Shown here one piece after another: positions 56,530-64,000 of a stretch of DNA of 64,000 nucleotides. Position 1 is the first letter of the stretch; the number at the start of each line of letters is the position of its first letter. Both the position numbers and the translations under genes were made by a program. The stretch comes from Elusimicrobiota bacterium (lineage in GTDB: Bacteria > Elusimicrobiota > UBA8919), in NCBI GenBank assembly GCA_028718185.1, contig JAQUMH010000002.1, positions 4,088-68,087 on the forward strand. The letters run 5' to 3'. Below the pieces are notes generated by a model that worked only from the letters and a program-made list of their open reading frames with translations, was not told the DNA's origin and did not search any database.

Positions 56530-58787
56530 TTTTTTAGTATTGCCAGATACTTTTTTGCTTCGGAATGAGCAGGATTAAGCTGTAATACAGTTTCAAATTC
56601 TTCAACAACACCTTTCCAGTATTTTATTTTCCAATAAGCAACACCCAGATTATAGTGTGCATCAACATAATAGTATTTTAGCGATATTGCTTTTTTATAT
56701 TCGGATAATGCTGCTTCATTTTGATTTGTCTTCTCATACAAAACACCAAGATAACAATGCGGTTCCGCAAGCTCCGGACTTGCTTCCGAAGATTTCATAT
56801 AATCGTCTTTTGCTTCTTCATATTTATTTATTTGGAATTTTTCATACCCCCTTGTCAAATAAATAAATGCAAGATTATTCCTGATGTTTTCATCGTAGGG
56901 ATTTATTTCAATACCTTTTCTATATCTTACAATTGCCTCTTCAATAAATCCTTTTTCTTTGAGTGAAATTCCGATATTATTATAAACCCATTCTACATCT
57001 CCGCCGTTTTGTCCGGCTTTATCATATTCTTTTAACATTTCATCATTTTTCTTGTCTTTATAATATTTTTCAGCAAGAAAATAGTGGTATTGCGAAGAAA
57101 CATCTCTCAAAAGGTATTCACTTAAATAATTTTTATTATCTATACCACGAGTTACATATACCTGCCACAAATCATAATTAACGTTCAGCGGTTTTGCTTT
57201 ATATATTATTCCTGAAATATCAGATTTGACATCCCTTAAATTTGAAAAACTACTACCTAACGAAAAACATATAGGTCTTGCTTGTTTTAATAGTTCTCTT
57301 TGAACATACTCCCTTCTTTCCTGCTTTTGTTCTTTTGTAAGTTGAAAGAAATCATCACCATAAACATTCTTAAATAAAAGTCCGGTATCGGTATAAAAAG
57401 AAACATCTAACCGTTTTTTTAGGCACCATTGCTGGTAAGACAGAAGAAACATCTGATTATCACCTGAAGAGAAAAAATGTGAATTTTTGGGAAGAGACTT
57501 TATAATATTTGAAGAATAATCATATGCTACAAAATTATTTCTTTTGCTATTATAATTAAAATTCATAATGACAGGTAAAATCAAAAGGCAGGAAAATAAA
57601 GAAAGTTTTAAATATTCAGAAGGTTCCCCCCTAGTTTTGTCTAACGATAAAACTGGCAGGGGGGTACTTTTTTTGAATTTATTAAAGGTAAAAATGCGAA
57701 AAAAGTAAAAAAAGCCAATCCCTAGCCAAATAGCCATAACGGTATAGGCAGGTAGATAATAAACTTCTACAACGGATGTTTGCTGCGGATTGAATTGAAA
57801 TCTTAAAATAAAGATTAGACCTAAACCGTTTAATAAAAATAATCCTACAGTAAGAATACATATTTTTTTACACGATTTATAAAATTTTATTAAACCAAAC
57901 AATACAAAAGGTAACATATAATATGTGAATTGTTCACCTGCAAGTTTAAAATAATGTTTTATAAACAACAACTTTGTCGAAAATGTAACTTTTTGTCCGA
58001 ATTCATATGATTTATATTGAACACGCCTGATATGTGCTATAAAATTATGCAATGTTCCTGTATTTCCCTGATTCATTAGAGGATTTTCCAAAGACCGGAC
58101 AGGCATAGATACCAGAATCGTCAAAGCCAGCAATATAAAAAATATACAAATAATAATATTAGCAAAAGGTTTATTTTTCCCAAAGAGATTCTTCCAGTAA
58201 AAAACTAAAAATGCAATTAGCAATAATCCGGAAATATAATGTCCTGCTATGCTTAATCCCGCAATAAAAGAAAACAAATAAATATTTTTATTTTTCAATA
58301 CTGATATATAGATAAGTAATACAATAAAAAACGAAGTTAGGGTATATATACCGCCTTTAGCTATAACACTTTGCGACCAGAAAGTTTTAGAAAAAGCTAA
58401 AAATAACGCAGGAAGACAGGCGAATAAGAAAGTGGGATTGTGGGATTGTGGGATTGTGGGATAGCGGAATAGCGAAGCAGAAGATGAGGAGATAAGCTGT
58501 TTCATAACCAAATACACAATTCCGCATGTTAATGCGCCGAAAACGGCGCTCATTATGTTTAATCTATATGCAATATTTCCGTAAGGTATTATGAATGTAA
58601 ATATTTTTCCAAGCAATACATACAATGGATACCCGGGCGGATGAGTAATACCCAAAGTATATGCCGCAGTTGCAAATTCTCCGCTATCACCCACATAAAC
58701 TGTAGGGCATAATGTTATTAGATATATCCCTAATGATAATAAATACACTAAAATCATTGCAGACCGCTTCTCCTTCGTAAAAACCAT
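56526..58787 (-). CDS. DUF2723 membrane protein with a C-terminal TPR domain, paralog 3
   Basis: GDSGEFATAAYTLGITHPPGYPLYVLLGKIFT. Same architecture. The longer C-terminal TPR region carries 5 or more repeats. Confidence 0.6.
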   Translation of the reverse strand: MVFTKEKRSAMILVYLLSLGIYLITLCPTVYVGDSGEFATAAYTLGITHPPGYPLYVLLGKIFTFIIPYGNIAYRLNIMSAVFGALTCGIVYLVMKQLISSSSASLFRYPTIPQSHNPTFLFACLPALFLAFSKTFWSQSVIAKGGIYTLTSFFIVLLIYISVLKNKNIYLFSFIAGLSIAGHYISGLLLIAFLVFYWKNLFGKNKPFANIIICIFFILLALTILVSMPVRSLENPLMNQGNTGTLHNFIAHIRRVQYKSYEFGQKVTFSTKLLFIKHYFKLAGEQFTYYMLPFVLFGLIKFYKSCKKICILTVGLFLLNGLGLIFILRFQFNPQQTSVVEVYYLPAYTVMAIWLGIGFFYFFRIFTFNKFKKSTPLPVLSLDKTRGEPSEYLKLSLFSCLLILPVIMNFNYNSKRNNFVAYDYSSNIIKSLPKNSHFFSSGDNQMFLLSYQQWCLKKRLDVSFYTDTGLLFKNVYGDDFFQLTKEQKQERREYVQRELLKQARPICFSLGSSFSNLRDVKSDISGIIYKAKPLNVNYDLWQVYVTRGIDNKNYLSEYLLRDVSSQYHYFLAEKYYKDKKNDEMLKEYDKAGQNGGDVEWVYNNIGISLKEKGFIEEAIVRYRKGIEINPYDENIRNNLAFIYLTRGYEKFQINKYEEAKDDYMKSSEASPELAEPHCYLGVLYEKTNQNEAALSEYKKAISLKYYYVDAHYNLGVAYWKIKYWKGVVEEFETVLQLNPAHSEAKKYLAILKK
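58432..58464. repeat. perfect (GGGATTGT)x4 octanucleotide tract inside paralog 3
   Basis: gtgggattgtgggattgtgggattgtgggatag. The encoded peptide is RYPTIPQSHNPTF. The unit length is 8, not a multiple of 3. Confidence 0.8.
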
Positions 58788-60808
58788 TCAATTGAAAGTA
58801 ATATAATTAGAAGAATATAGATTATAGGCTTATTCCAAATATTTATTTCATATAAAAGATCTGACTGTGTTGTCCGTGGCTTAATCTCTAGTTTATTAAA
58901 ATTAAACTCTTCAATTGACATAAATTTGCCATTAGTCAAATCTGCTACTTCTTTCATAAACGGTTCATTAACAAAATTTGATTCTAATTCTTTTGAGACG
59001 TCAAAAACATTTAAGGATATGTTATCATTTCCCAAAAATTTCTTATTATAATACGCCTGCGCTTCTAACTTATACTCGCCTGCTAAATTAATTTCAGTGC
59101 TAAACTCATACTCGCCATTCTCAATTCCCGGAGGGACAGCAATAGATTCTTTTTTACCGTCAGGTGTTTGTATTCTTACACTTACAATTGCATTATCTAC
59201 GGGTTTAAAGTATTCATCCTTTACTCGCATTTTTATCTTTGCAATATCGCCTATATTATAGTTATTTTTTGCTATTATAGCCACCTGTTTCATTGATGCG
59301 GCATTCGTCAACCATTTTATTGACTGTCCGAAAAACTTTACGTAATTATATGAGTTATCGCTACCAAGCGCCAAGCGCCACATAGATGGAGTAAGAATAC
59401 ACATAACCCTGCCTTTATCTTTTTCTTTAATTGTAATAACCGGATATTTTGATTTTTCGGTTTCAGCAAGAACAATGGTTTTTTCTCTGACTGCAGCAAT
59501 ATTTACACTATCCAGTTCCGGCATGTTTTTCCAGATAGCATCATTAGAAACCGGGTCATCTACGAGTCTCATTATGCCATGTTCGGGGTGCAAAACGTTT
59601 AATCCATATTTAGCCGATGAAATATCAGAAGACGGGGTTATCGGTAAAATTTCATTAATCGGCGTGTTTTGATATATGTCCAATGGCACTTCCCCGCCGA
59701 TTATTAAAAGTGCTTTGCCGTATTCAGTAACAAAATTTTTAATATTCATAAGATACTGTGTGCTGATAGGAAATTTAAAAAAATTAAAATTATCAAATAT
59801 AAGCAAATCAAAGTTAAAGATTTCCCTTGAAAATATTTCTTCAACAGGAAAAGGAATAAGCGAAAGCTCGTTATCTGATACAGCAACAACATTTTCAGGA
59901 TTTCGCAATATTACAAACGATACAAGTTCAACATTGGGATTATTTTTAAGAGTGTTCCTCAGGAAAGAATAATTAAATGACGGCTGCCCGCAAAGATATA
60001 AAATACGTATTTTTTCCGGTTCAACATTCAGGACAAACTTTTTCTTATTATCCGAAAAATCTTTTTCCCCCTCATAAGTAGGTATTTCAATTACATAAGA
60101 AACCGAACCAGCTTCTTCAGGTATAACTTCAAAAGGGACTTCGAATACACCGTTGTTTTCAATATCCAATATTTTAGTTTGCAAAACGATTTTATTGCTG
60201 GTTTTAAGAAAAATTGATATTTTTTTACCTATAAAACCGGTGCTGTTTATATTCGCGACAATTGTAGTGTTAACATTTCTAAAAACAATATCCGGTACTT
60301 CAACATTACCAATTGAGATATTTTTCTGTAGATTAGAAATTTCCGGAATAACAGCAAAAACAGGTATTTTCAAATCACCCAGCTCGCTTAACACTTCTTT
60401 TGAATCTTTATTGATATTTTGATTCCCATCTGAAAATAAAATTATACTATCAATATCTTTGCCTATAAAATCAGTTTTTATCTTTTCTAATGCTCCGGTT
60501 ATATCCGTTTTCTTCCCTTTAGATTTCAATGATTCTACTTCTTTTTCAGAAACATTCCTTATATTATCTGAAAATGCAAAGAAGAACGGTTTAACTTTGT
60601 TATTTTTAACAAGTTGCAAATTTACCTTACTTTTTATTTGTTCAAAACCTTTTTGACTTATATATCCCATGCTTTGAGAATCATCGATTAAAGCAATAAC
60701 CGTAGGAATATTTCTTTTTTTATATACCTTTTTAACCGGCTGAAAAACAAGCAGAATTATAACTATAAATATCAGTATCCTTAAAATCAAAAGTATTTTC
60801 TTTATCAT
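58754..60808 (-). CDS. BatA-like membrane-anchored protein with a degenerate VWA-like N-domain
   Basis: 684 aa. N-terminal TM, then IPTVIALIDDSQSMGY (VWA-like metal-ion-dependent adhesion site DxSxS). The C-terminus has a single TM near the end. Confidence 0.4.
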   Translation of the reverse strand: MIKKILLILRILIFIVIILLVFQPVKKVYKKRNIPTVIALIDDSQSMGYISQKGFEQIKSKVNLQLVKNNKVKPFFFAFSDNIRNVSEKEVESLKSKGKKTDITGALEKIKTDFIGKDIDSIILFSDGNQNINKDSKEVLSELGDLKIPVFAVIPEISNLQKNISIGNVEVPDIVFRNVNTTIVANINSTGFIGKKISIFLKTSNKIVLQTKILDIENNGVFEVPFEVIPEEAGSVSYVIEIPTYEGEKDFSDNKKKFVLNVEPEKIRILYLCGQPSFNYSFLRNTLKNNPNVELVSFVILRNPENVVAVSDNELSLIPFPVEEIFSREIFNFDLLIFDNFNFFKFPISTQYLMNIKNFVTEYGKALLIIGGEVPLDIYQNTPINEILPITPSSDISSAKYGLNVLHPEHGIMRLVDDPVSNDAIWKNMPELDSVNIAAVREKTIVLAETEKSKYPVITIKEKDKGRVMCILTPSMWRLALGSDNSYNYVKFFGQSIKWLTNAASMKQVAIIAKNNYNIGDIAKIKMRVKDEYFKPVDNAIVSVRIQTPDGKKESIAVPPGIENGEYEFSTEINLAGEYKLEAQAYYNKKFLGNDNISLNVFDVSKELESNFVNEPFMKEVADLTNGKFMSIEEFNFNKLEIKPRTTQSDLLYEINIWNKPIIYILLIILLSIEWFLRRRSGLQ

Positions 60809-60948
60809 ATATTTCCACTAAAAATACAATAGTTTTTTGTCGGGTACATTTTCGTTCGAGATTGCTTCGCTAACGCCTACCTACCGTCATGCAGGCTCAC
60901 AATGACAAATCTGCCTGTCATTGCGAACTGACTCATCGTGAAGCAATC

Positions 60949-61251
60949 TCATAAGTTATTATACAAATCAGTCCACCTTGAATTCATAATTTCAACTAAC
61001 TTAATTTTCTTATTTCTTGAACCCGCTTTTATTTGTTTTTCTCTGCTTATTGCATCTACTGGATTTTCAAAAACTTCATAATAAACAAGTTTATTAATGT
61101 TGTATTTTTCAGTGAAACCTTTTACAATTTTATTTTTATGTTCATAAACTCGCTTTTTTAAGTTGCTTGTTATTCCCGTATAAAGAACTGTATTGTTCTT
61201 GTTTGTTAAAATATAAATTGAATAATACTTTTTCATTTGAGATTGCCCCAT
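60949..61251 (-). CDS. GIY-YIG nuclease family protein (stand-alone, 100 aa)
   Basis: YSIYILTNKNNTVLYTGITSNLKKRVYEHKN is a GIY-(10-11)-YIG/YTG motif with the conserved Arg and Glu. Confidence 0.7.
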   Translation of the reverse strand: MGQSQMKKYYSIYILTNKNNTVLYTGITSNLKKRVYEHKNKIVKGFTEKYNINKLVYYEVFENPVDAISREKQIKAGSRNKKIKLVEIMNSRWTDLYNNL

Positions 61252-61353
61252 AAAAGGGATTTACAACTTCGTCATCCCAAACATTGAGATTGCTTCGCTA
61301 CGCTCGCAATGACTTCATGTTTAACAAACATTTTAAACAACACTTGTGTCTAT

Positions 61354-62148
61354 TCATCTTAGTTTGTTTTGTATAAATGATTTGTGTATGCTGTCGGACT
61401 TGTATGTACCGGTTAAAGCATACATTATAATATTAAGTGTTAATTTCTTGGCTTCCCACCTCTGCTGTTCTTCGCAAGGATAAATATAATTACCAAGATT
61501 GTCTTTTTCCCATGCACCTAATAAATCATTCTGTGAGTATATAATGCTATAGCGTTCACCTATTTTGCAGCCTTCCAAATATCTATTTACAACAATTCTT
61601 CCTGATGTATTTTTTAACAAGTAAAAAGATTTAAATATTGCATCGTTCATAGGTATTTTTTCAAGCGGATTTTCAGAAAGCAGTTTTGCAATAGTAGTCC
61701 TAATTAACTTGTCAAACCCAAAACCTTTTTTACCTGATGAATCATCAATAAAAATCATTCCACCACCTTGTATATACTTTTTAAGCATCTTTAACTCATT
61801 ATCCGTCAATTGCGGAAAATCAGAGTCACCTGTAATTACAATAAAGGGCGACCAGAAAAGTTCCTCTTCTGTTATCCTGATAATCCGCCTCTGCGGCACA
61901 ACCTTCACGCTTGTTGTCATGACCAGGTATTCCGAAATTCTATCCCATGCTGTTTGCCGCATATCCCATTTACCCGCATATTGCAGCTGGCTAAAAACAA
62001 ATTTGCCCCCTTGCTGGCAGTAAAGATTGTCCGAAGTCCAAAGTCCGAAGTCCGAAGTCAATAAAACCATAACAAAAATAAATATGAACCATTTAGCATG
62101 ACATTGGACATTGGACATCGGACGTTGGACATTTTTTTTATTTATCAT
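61354..62148 (-). CDS. DUF4159 domain-containing protein
   Basis: FVFSQLQYAGKWDMRQTAWDRI...FIVITGDSDFPQLTDNELKMLKKYIQGGGMIFIDDSSGKKGFGFDKLIRTTIAKL...FKSFYLL matches the DUF4159 pattern as I recall it (L.Y.GG.WD...LFEYPFLYMSGD..F.LSD.E...LR.YL..GGTL.IDS). Confidence 0.55.
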   Translation of the reverse strand: MINKKNVQRPMSNVQCHAKWFIFIFVMVLLTSDFGLWTSDNLYCQQGGKFVFSQLQYAGKWDMRQTAWDRISEYLVMTTSVKVVPQRRIIRITEEELFWSPFIVITGDSDFPQLTDNELKMLKKYIQGGGMIFIDDSSGKKGFGFDKLIRTTIAKLLSENPLEKIPMNDAIFKSFYLLKNTSGRIVVNRYLEGCKIGERYSIIYSQNDLLGAWEKDNLGNYIYPCEEQQRWEAKKLTLNIIMYALTGTYKSDSIHKSFIQNKLR

Positions 62149-64000
62149 ACCTTCCTCAAATTAGCTAGTATGGTTTCCAGTATGGCAAATACTAATAAAG
62201 CCCATATGAAATACTTTGTTATTTCATTCCCATATAAAATACTTTTTAAGTTCTTTTTAAGATGTGCATCTGCTGTTATAATACCTATAAACATTTTATT
62301 AACTATTTTTTTTATTTTCGATACATTCACCTTAATCAAATCCGATTCACCCGAAGACACATCTAAATTAACAGCTAAAAATTCACTCTTATTGTTTTTA
62401 TATTTAATCTCATAAACACCCGGTTCTTCAAACGCAGTGTCAATATAACCTTTAATATTTTTTCCCGAAGGTGTAATAATTCCTGATATTGTCTTCTCAC
62501 TTTTACTCAGGTATTTTTCCCCGATAACTGATGTTTGAATTAATGCTTCATCTTTTGTAATATATGTAAAAAGCTGCTTAATAATTACCGGAAATATTGG
62601 TTTAACCGGCATATCAGAATATGAAAGGTTTGATGAAACGGTAAAAACAAAAACATTATTTGTACCTTTCATTAGAAACGGGGTGTTGTCGGAGAATTTT
62701 AATATCACTTCCGACCCGTTCTTTGGAATTGATAAAAACCGTTTTGATATTATTATATTCTTTAAAATCTCGCTGTTTTGAAACGGTCCAAAATCCGATA
62801 ATTCACCGCCTGATACTACTGCCGATAATTCGCAAGGTAATAAAAAGGAAAGCGTAGTATTGTAATTTTCAATTTTTATATTATCTCCCAAAAAGAAAAC
62901 TATACTTTTTCCTTTTAAAATAAAATCGTTTAATTTAACTATACTATTTCTGCTAAAGTCCGAGATATTACATAAAAATATCATATCGTAGTTATCTATC
63001 TGTTCGTCATCAAGTTGAATATAATTTATTACTTTTGCTGAAGTATTACTTGCTAATGCTGTTTTCAAGAAAAACACCTCACCTTTAAAATCAGAAAACT
63101 GCGGATTGCCGTCAACCATTAATACTTTCGGTTTTTCATGAAAATTAAATGCAAAATAATGTTTATTATCCGGCAAAAGCTTGTCCGGTTCTAACTCCAT
63201 AAAACATTTATGGATTCCGGATGAAATATTTTTCATGCTAATTACCATCGTATCATCTTTCCGGGAAAGCGGCTCAAAAAACAGTGATTTATACTTCTTA
63301 TCATCTATATAAATATCGCCGTATATTTTTTTCTTGTTATCTGAATAATTAGATACCATAATAGAAATATCATTACCGTCATTTTTAACATCTGATACGG
63401 CAAAATTTTCCGGACTATTATCACCGATATCTATGCATATAACTTTATAATTGCCGTCTAACACATAATTTTTTTCAGACCATCCATTTTCAGAAAAATC
63501 ACTTATTAAGATTATCCGTTTCTCACTTTGCTTATTTTGGAAATATTTCGATATTTCGTTTATTGCACTTATTGTATTTGTTTTCCTGTATGTTATTTTA
63601 ACATTAGTTAATTCTGACAGGAGTATTTGTTTATCAGTTGTCGGATTTTTTACTATCGGGGAAATACTATCAGAAAAGGTGAATATTGATATTTTTTCCT
63701 CAGGTCTTAACATATCAAGAACCTGCCCGGCAACCATTTTGGCAGTTTCAAGCCGGGTCTTACCATCCTTGTAATAATCCATTGAGTAGGAATTATCTAT
63801 AAGCAGTATCGTCTCGGAATTTTCCGAAGAAGAAACATAATGCATAACAGGTCTTGCAAAAATCAGGGTAAGAATGACAATTAATAAACATCTTATTAAA
63901 AGAAGCAGGTATTGCTTAATTCTAAATATTCTTATAGTACGACTTGCGGCGAGTTTCAGAAATCTTAAATCACCAAAATTTATGTTCCTTTGTTTTTTTT
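62145..64000 (-). CDS. VWA domain protein, BatA/BatB-like. The N-terminal TM region runs off the window end (partial)
   Basis: ILLIDNSYSMDY...TRLETAKMVAGQVLDMLRPEEKISIFTFSDS is the VWA metal-ion-dependent adhesion site. The same frame stays open upstream of the annotated Met (…LLLLIRCLLIVILTLIFARPVMHYVSS), which resembles a BatA-type TM…ARP N-terminus. Confidence 0.55.
   Translation of the reverse strand, partial: KKQRNINFGDLRFLKLAASRTIRIFRIKQYLLLLIRCLLIVILTLIFARPVMHYVSSSENSETILLIDNSYSMDYYKDGKTRLETAKMVAGQVLDMLRPEEKISIFTFSDSISPIVKNPTTDKQILLSELTNVKITYRKTNTISAINEISKYFQNKQSEKRIILISDFSENGWSEKNYVLDGNYKVICIDIGDNSPENFAVSDVKNDGNDISIMVSNYSDNKKKIYGDIYIDDKKYKSLFFEPLSRKDDTMVISMKNISSGIHKCFMELEPDKLLPDNKHYFAFNFHEKPKVLMVDGNPQFSDFKGEVFFLKTALASNTSAKVINYIQLDDEQIDNYDMIFLCNISDFSRNSIVKLNDFILKGKSIVFFLGDNIKIENYNTTLSFLLPCELSAVVSGGELSDFGPFQNSEILKNIIISKRFLSIPKNGSEVILKFSDNTPFLMKGTNNVFVFTVSSNLSYSDMPVKPIFPVIIKQLFTYITKDEALIQTSVIGEKYLSKSEKTISGIITPSGKNIKGYIDTAFEEPGVYEIKYKNNKSEFLAVNLDVSSGESDLIKVNVSKIKKIVNKMFIGIITADAHLKKNLKSILYGNEITKYFIWALLVFAILETILANLRKV

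Noticed and set aside
1258-62857. About 70 short plus-strand ORFs of 60-137 aa (for example 1258-1452, 8587-8853, 15410-15778, 24017-24430, 48558-48767) lying entirely inside long minus-strand genes
   Set aside because: They overlap well-supported genes on the opposite strand and have low-complexity, Leu/Ser/Phe-rich translations typical of antisense frames in AT-rich DNA. None has a recognizable motif.
1-64000. Search for tRNA/rRNA/tmRNA/RNase P/SRP RNA signatures (T-loop GGTTCGAATCC, SRP GGAAGCAGCC-type motifs, etc.) in all intergenic gaps
   Set aside because: I could not recognise any canonical motif by eye. The GC-rich intergenic segments are better explained as palindromic repeat modules. 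Absence is not proven without a covariance-model scan.

Overview
This is a very AT-rich (roughly one-third GC by eye), tightly packed bacterial chromosomal segment. All 38 protein-coding genes I can support lie on the minus strand, and many overlap by 4 to 23 bp, consistent with long co-directional operons. Two proteins end in type-IX-secretion (T9SS) type-A C-terminal sorting domains, and a PorV/FadL-like outer-membrane barrel sits between them. Together with three DUF2723 paralogs, DUF4159 and BatA-like VWA proteins, this suggests an uncultivated FCB-group lineage (Cloacimonadota, Fibrobacterota or Ignavibacteria-like). That taxonomy is inference.

Gene content in window order (all on the minus strand):
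- tsaD (partial at the 5' edge), a divergent polysaccharide deacetylase, and ctpA (an S41 C-terminal protease).
- A cell-envelope operon: UDPGP-type nucleotidyltransferase, a polytopic membrane protein, csaB (pyruvyl transferase), an ftsX-like permease with no adjacent ftsE, and an envC-like M23 peptidase.
- An alpha-glucan cluster via maltose-1-phosphate: a GlgM-like GT4 enzyme, GlgE and a GalT-family transferase, followed by a sugar-phosphate isomerase.
- An EF-G paralog, scpB, scpA, trpS and an M50 protease.
- A putative T9SS cargo operon behind a 730-bp leader: TolB-like PD40 propeller with T9SS C-terminal domain, a PorV-like barrel, an anchored Ig-like protein, and a 4192-aa secreted HExxH metalloprotease/adhesin that carries three near-identical tandem ~735-bp modules.
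- A CCA/poly(A)-polymerase-family enzyme, a small membrane protein, a cNMP-binding/GAF-like regulator and two pilT paralogs.
- DUF2851, a cyclophilin and a CpXC protein.
- A membrane-glycosylation/Bat-like block: a 1073-aa transmembrane coiled-coil protein, GT39/ArnT-like+TPR, three DUF2723+TPR paralogs, a BatA-like protein, a GIY-YIG protein, DUF4159 and a VWA/BatA-like protein (partial at the 3' edge).

Intergenic space is filled with short GC-rich palindromic modules arranged as mosaics. Hairpin stems covary between copies, and two copies sit in frame inside coding sequences (the CCA-family enzyme and glgE). There is also a ~125-nt element present twice, arrays of short direct and inverted motifs next to start and stop codons, and 7- and 8-bp tandem repeats inside open reading frames (reported as findings). 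I found no rRNA, tRNA or CRISPR array.
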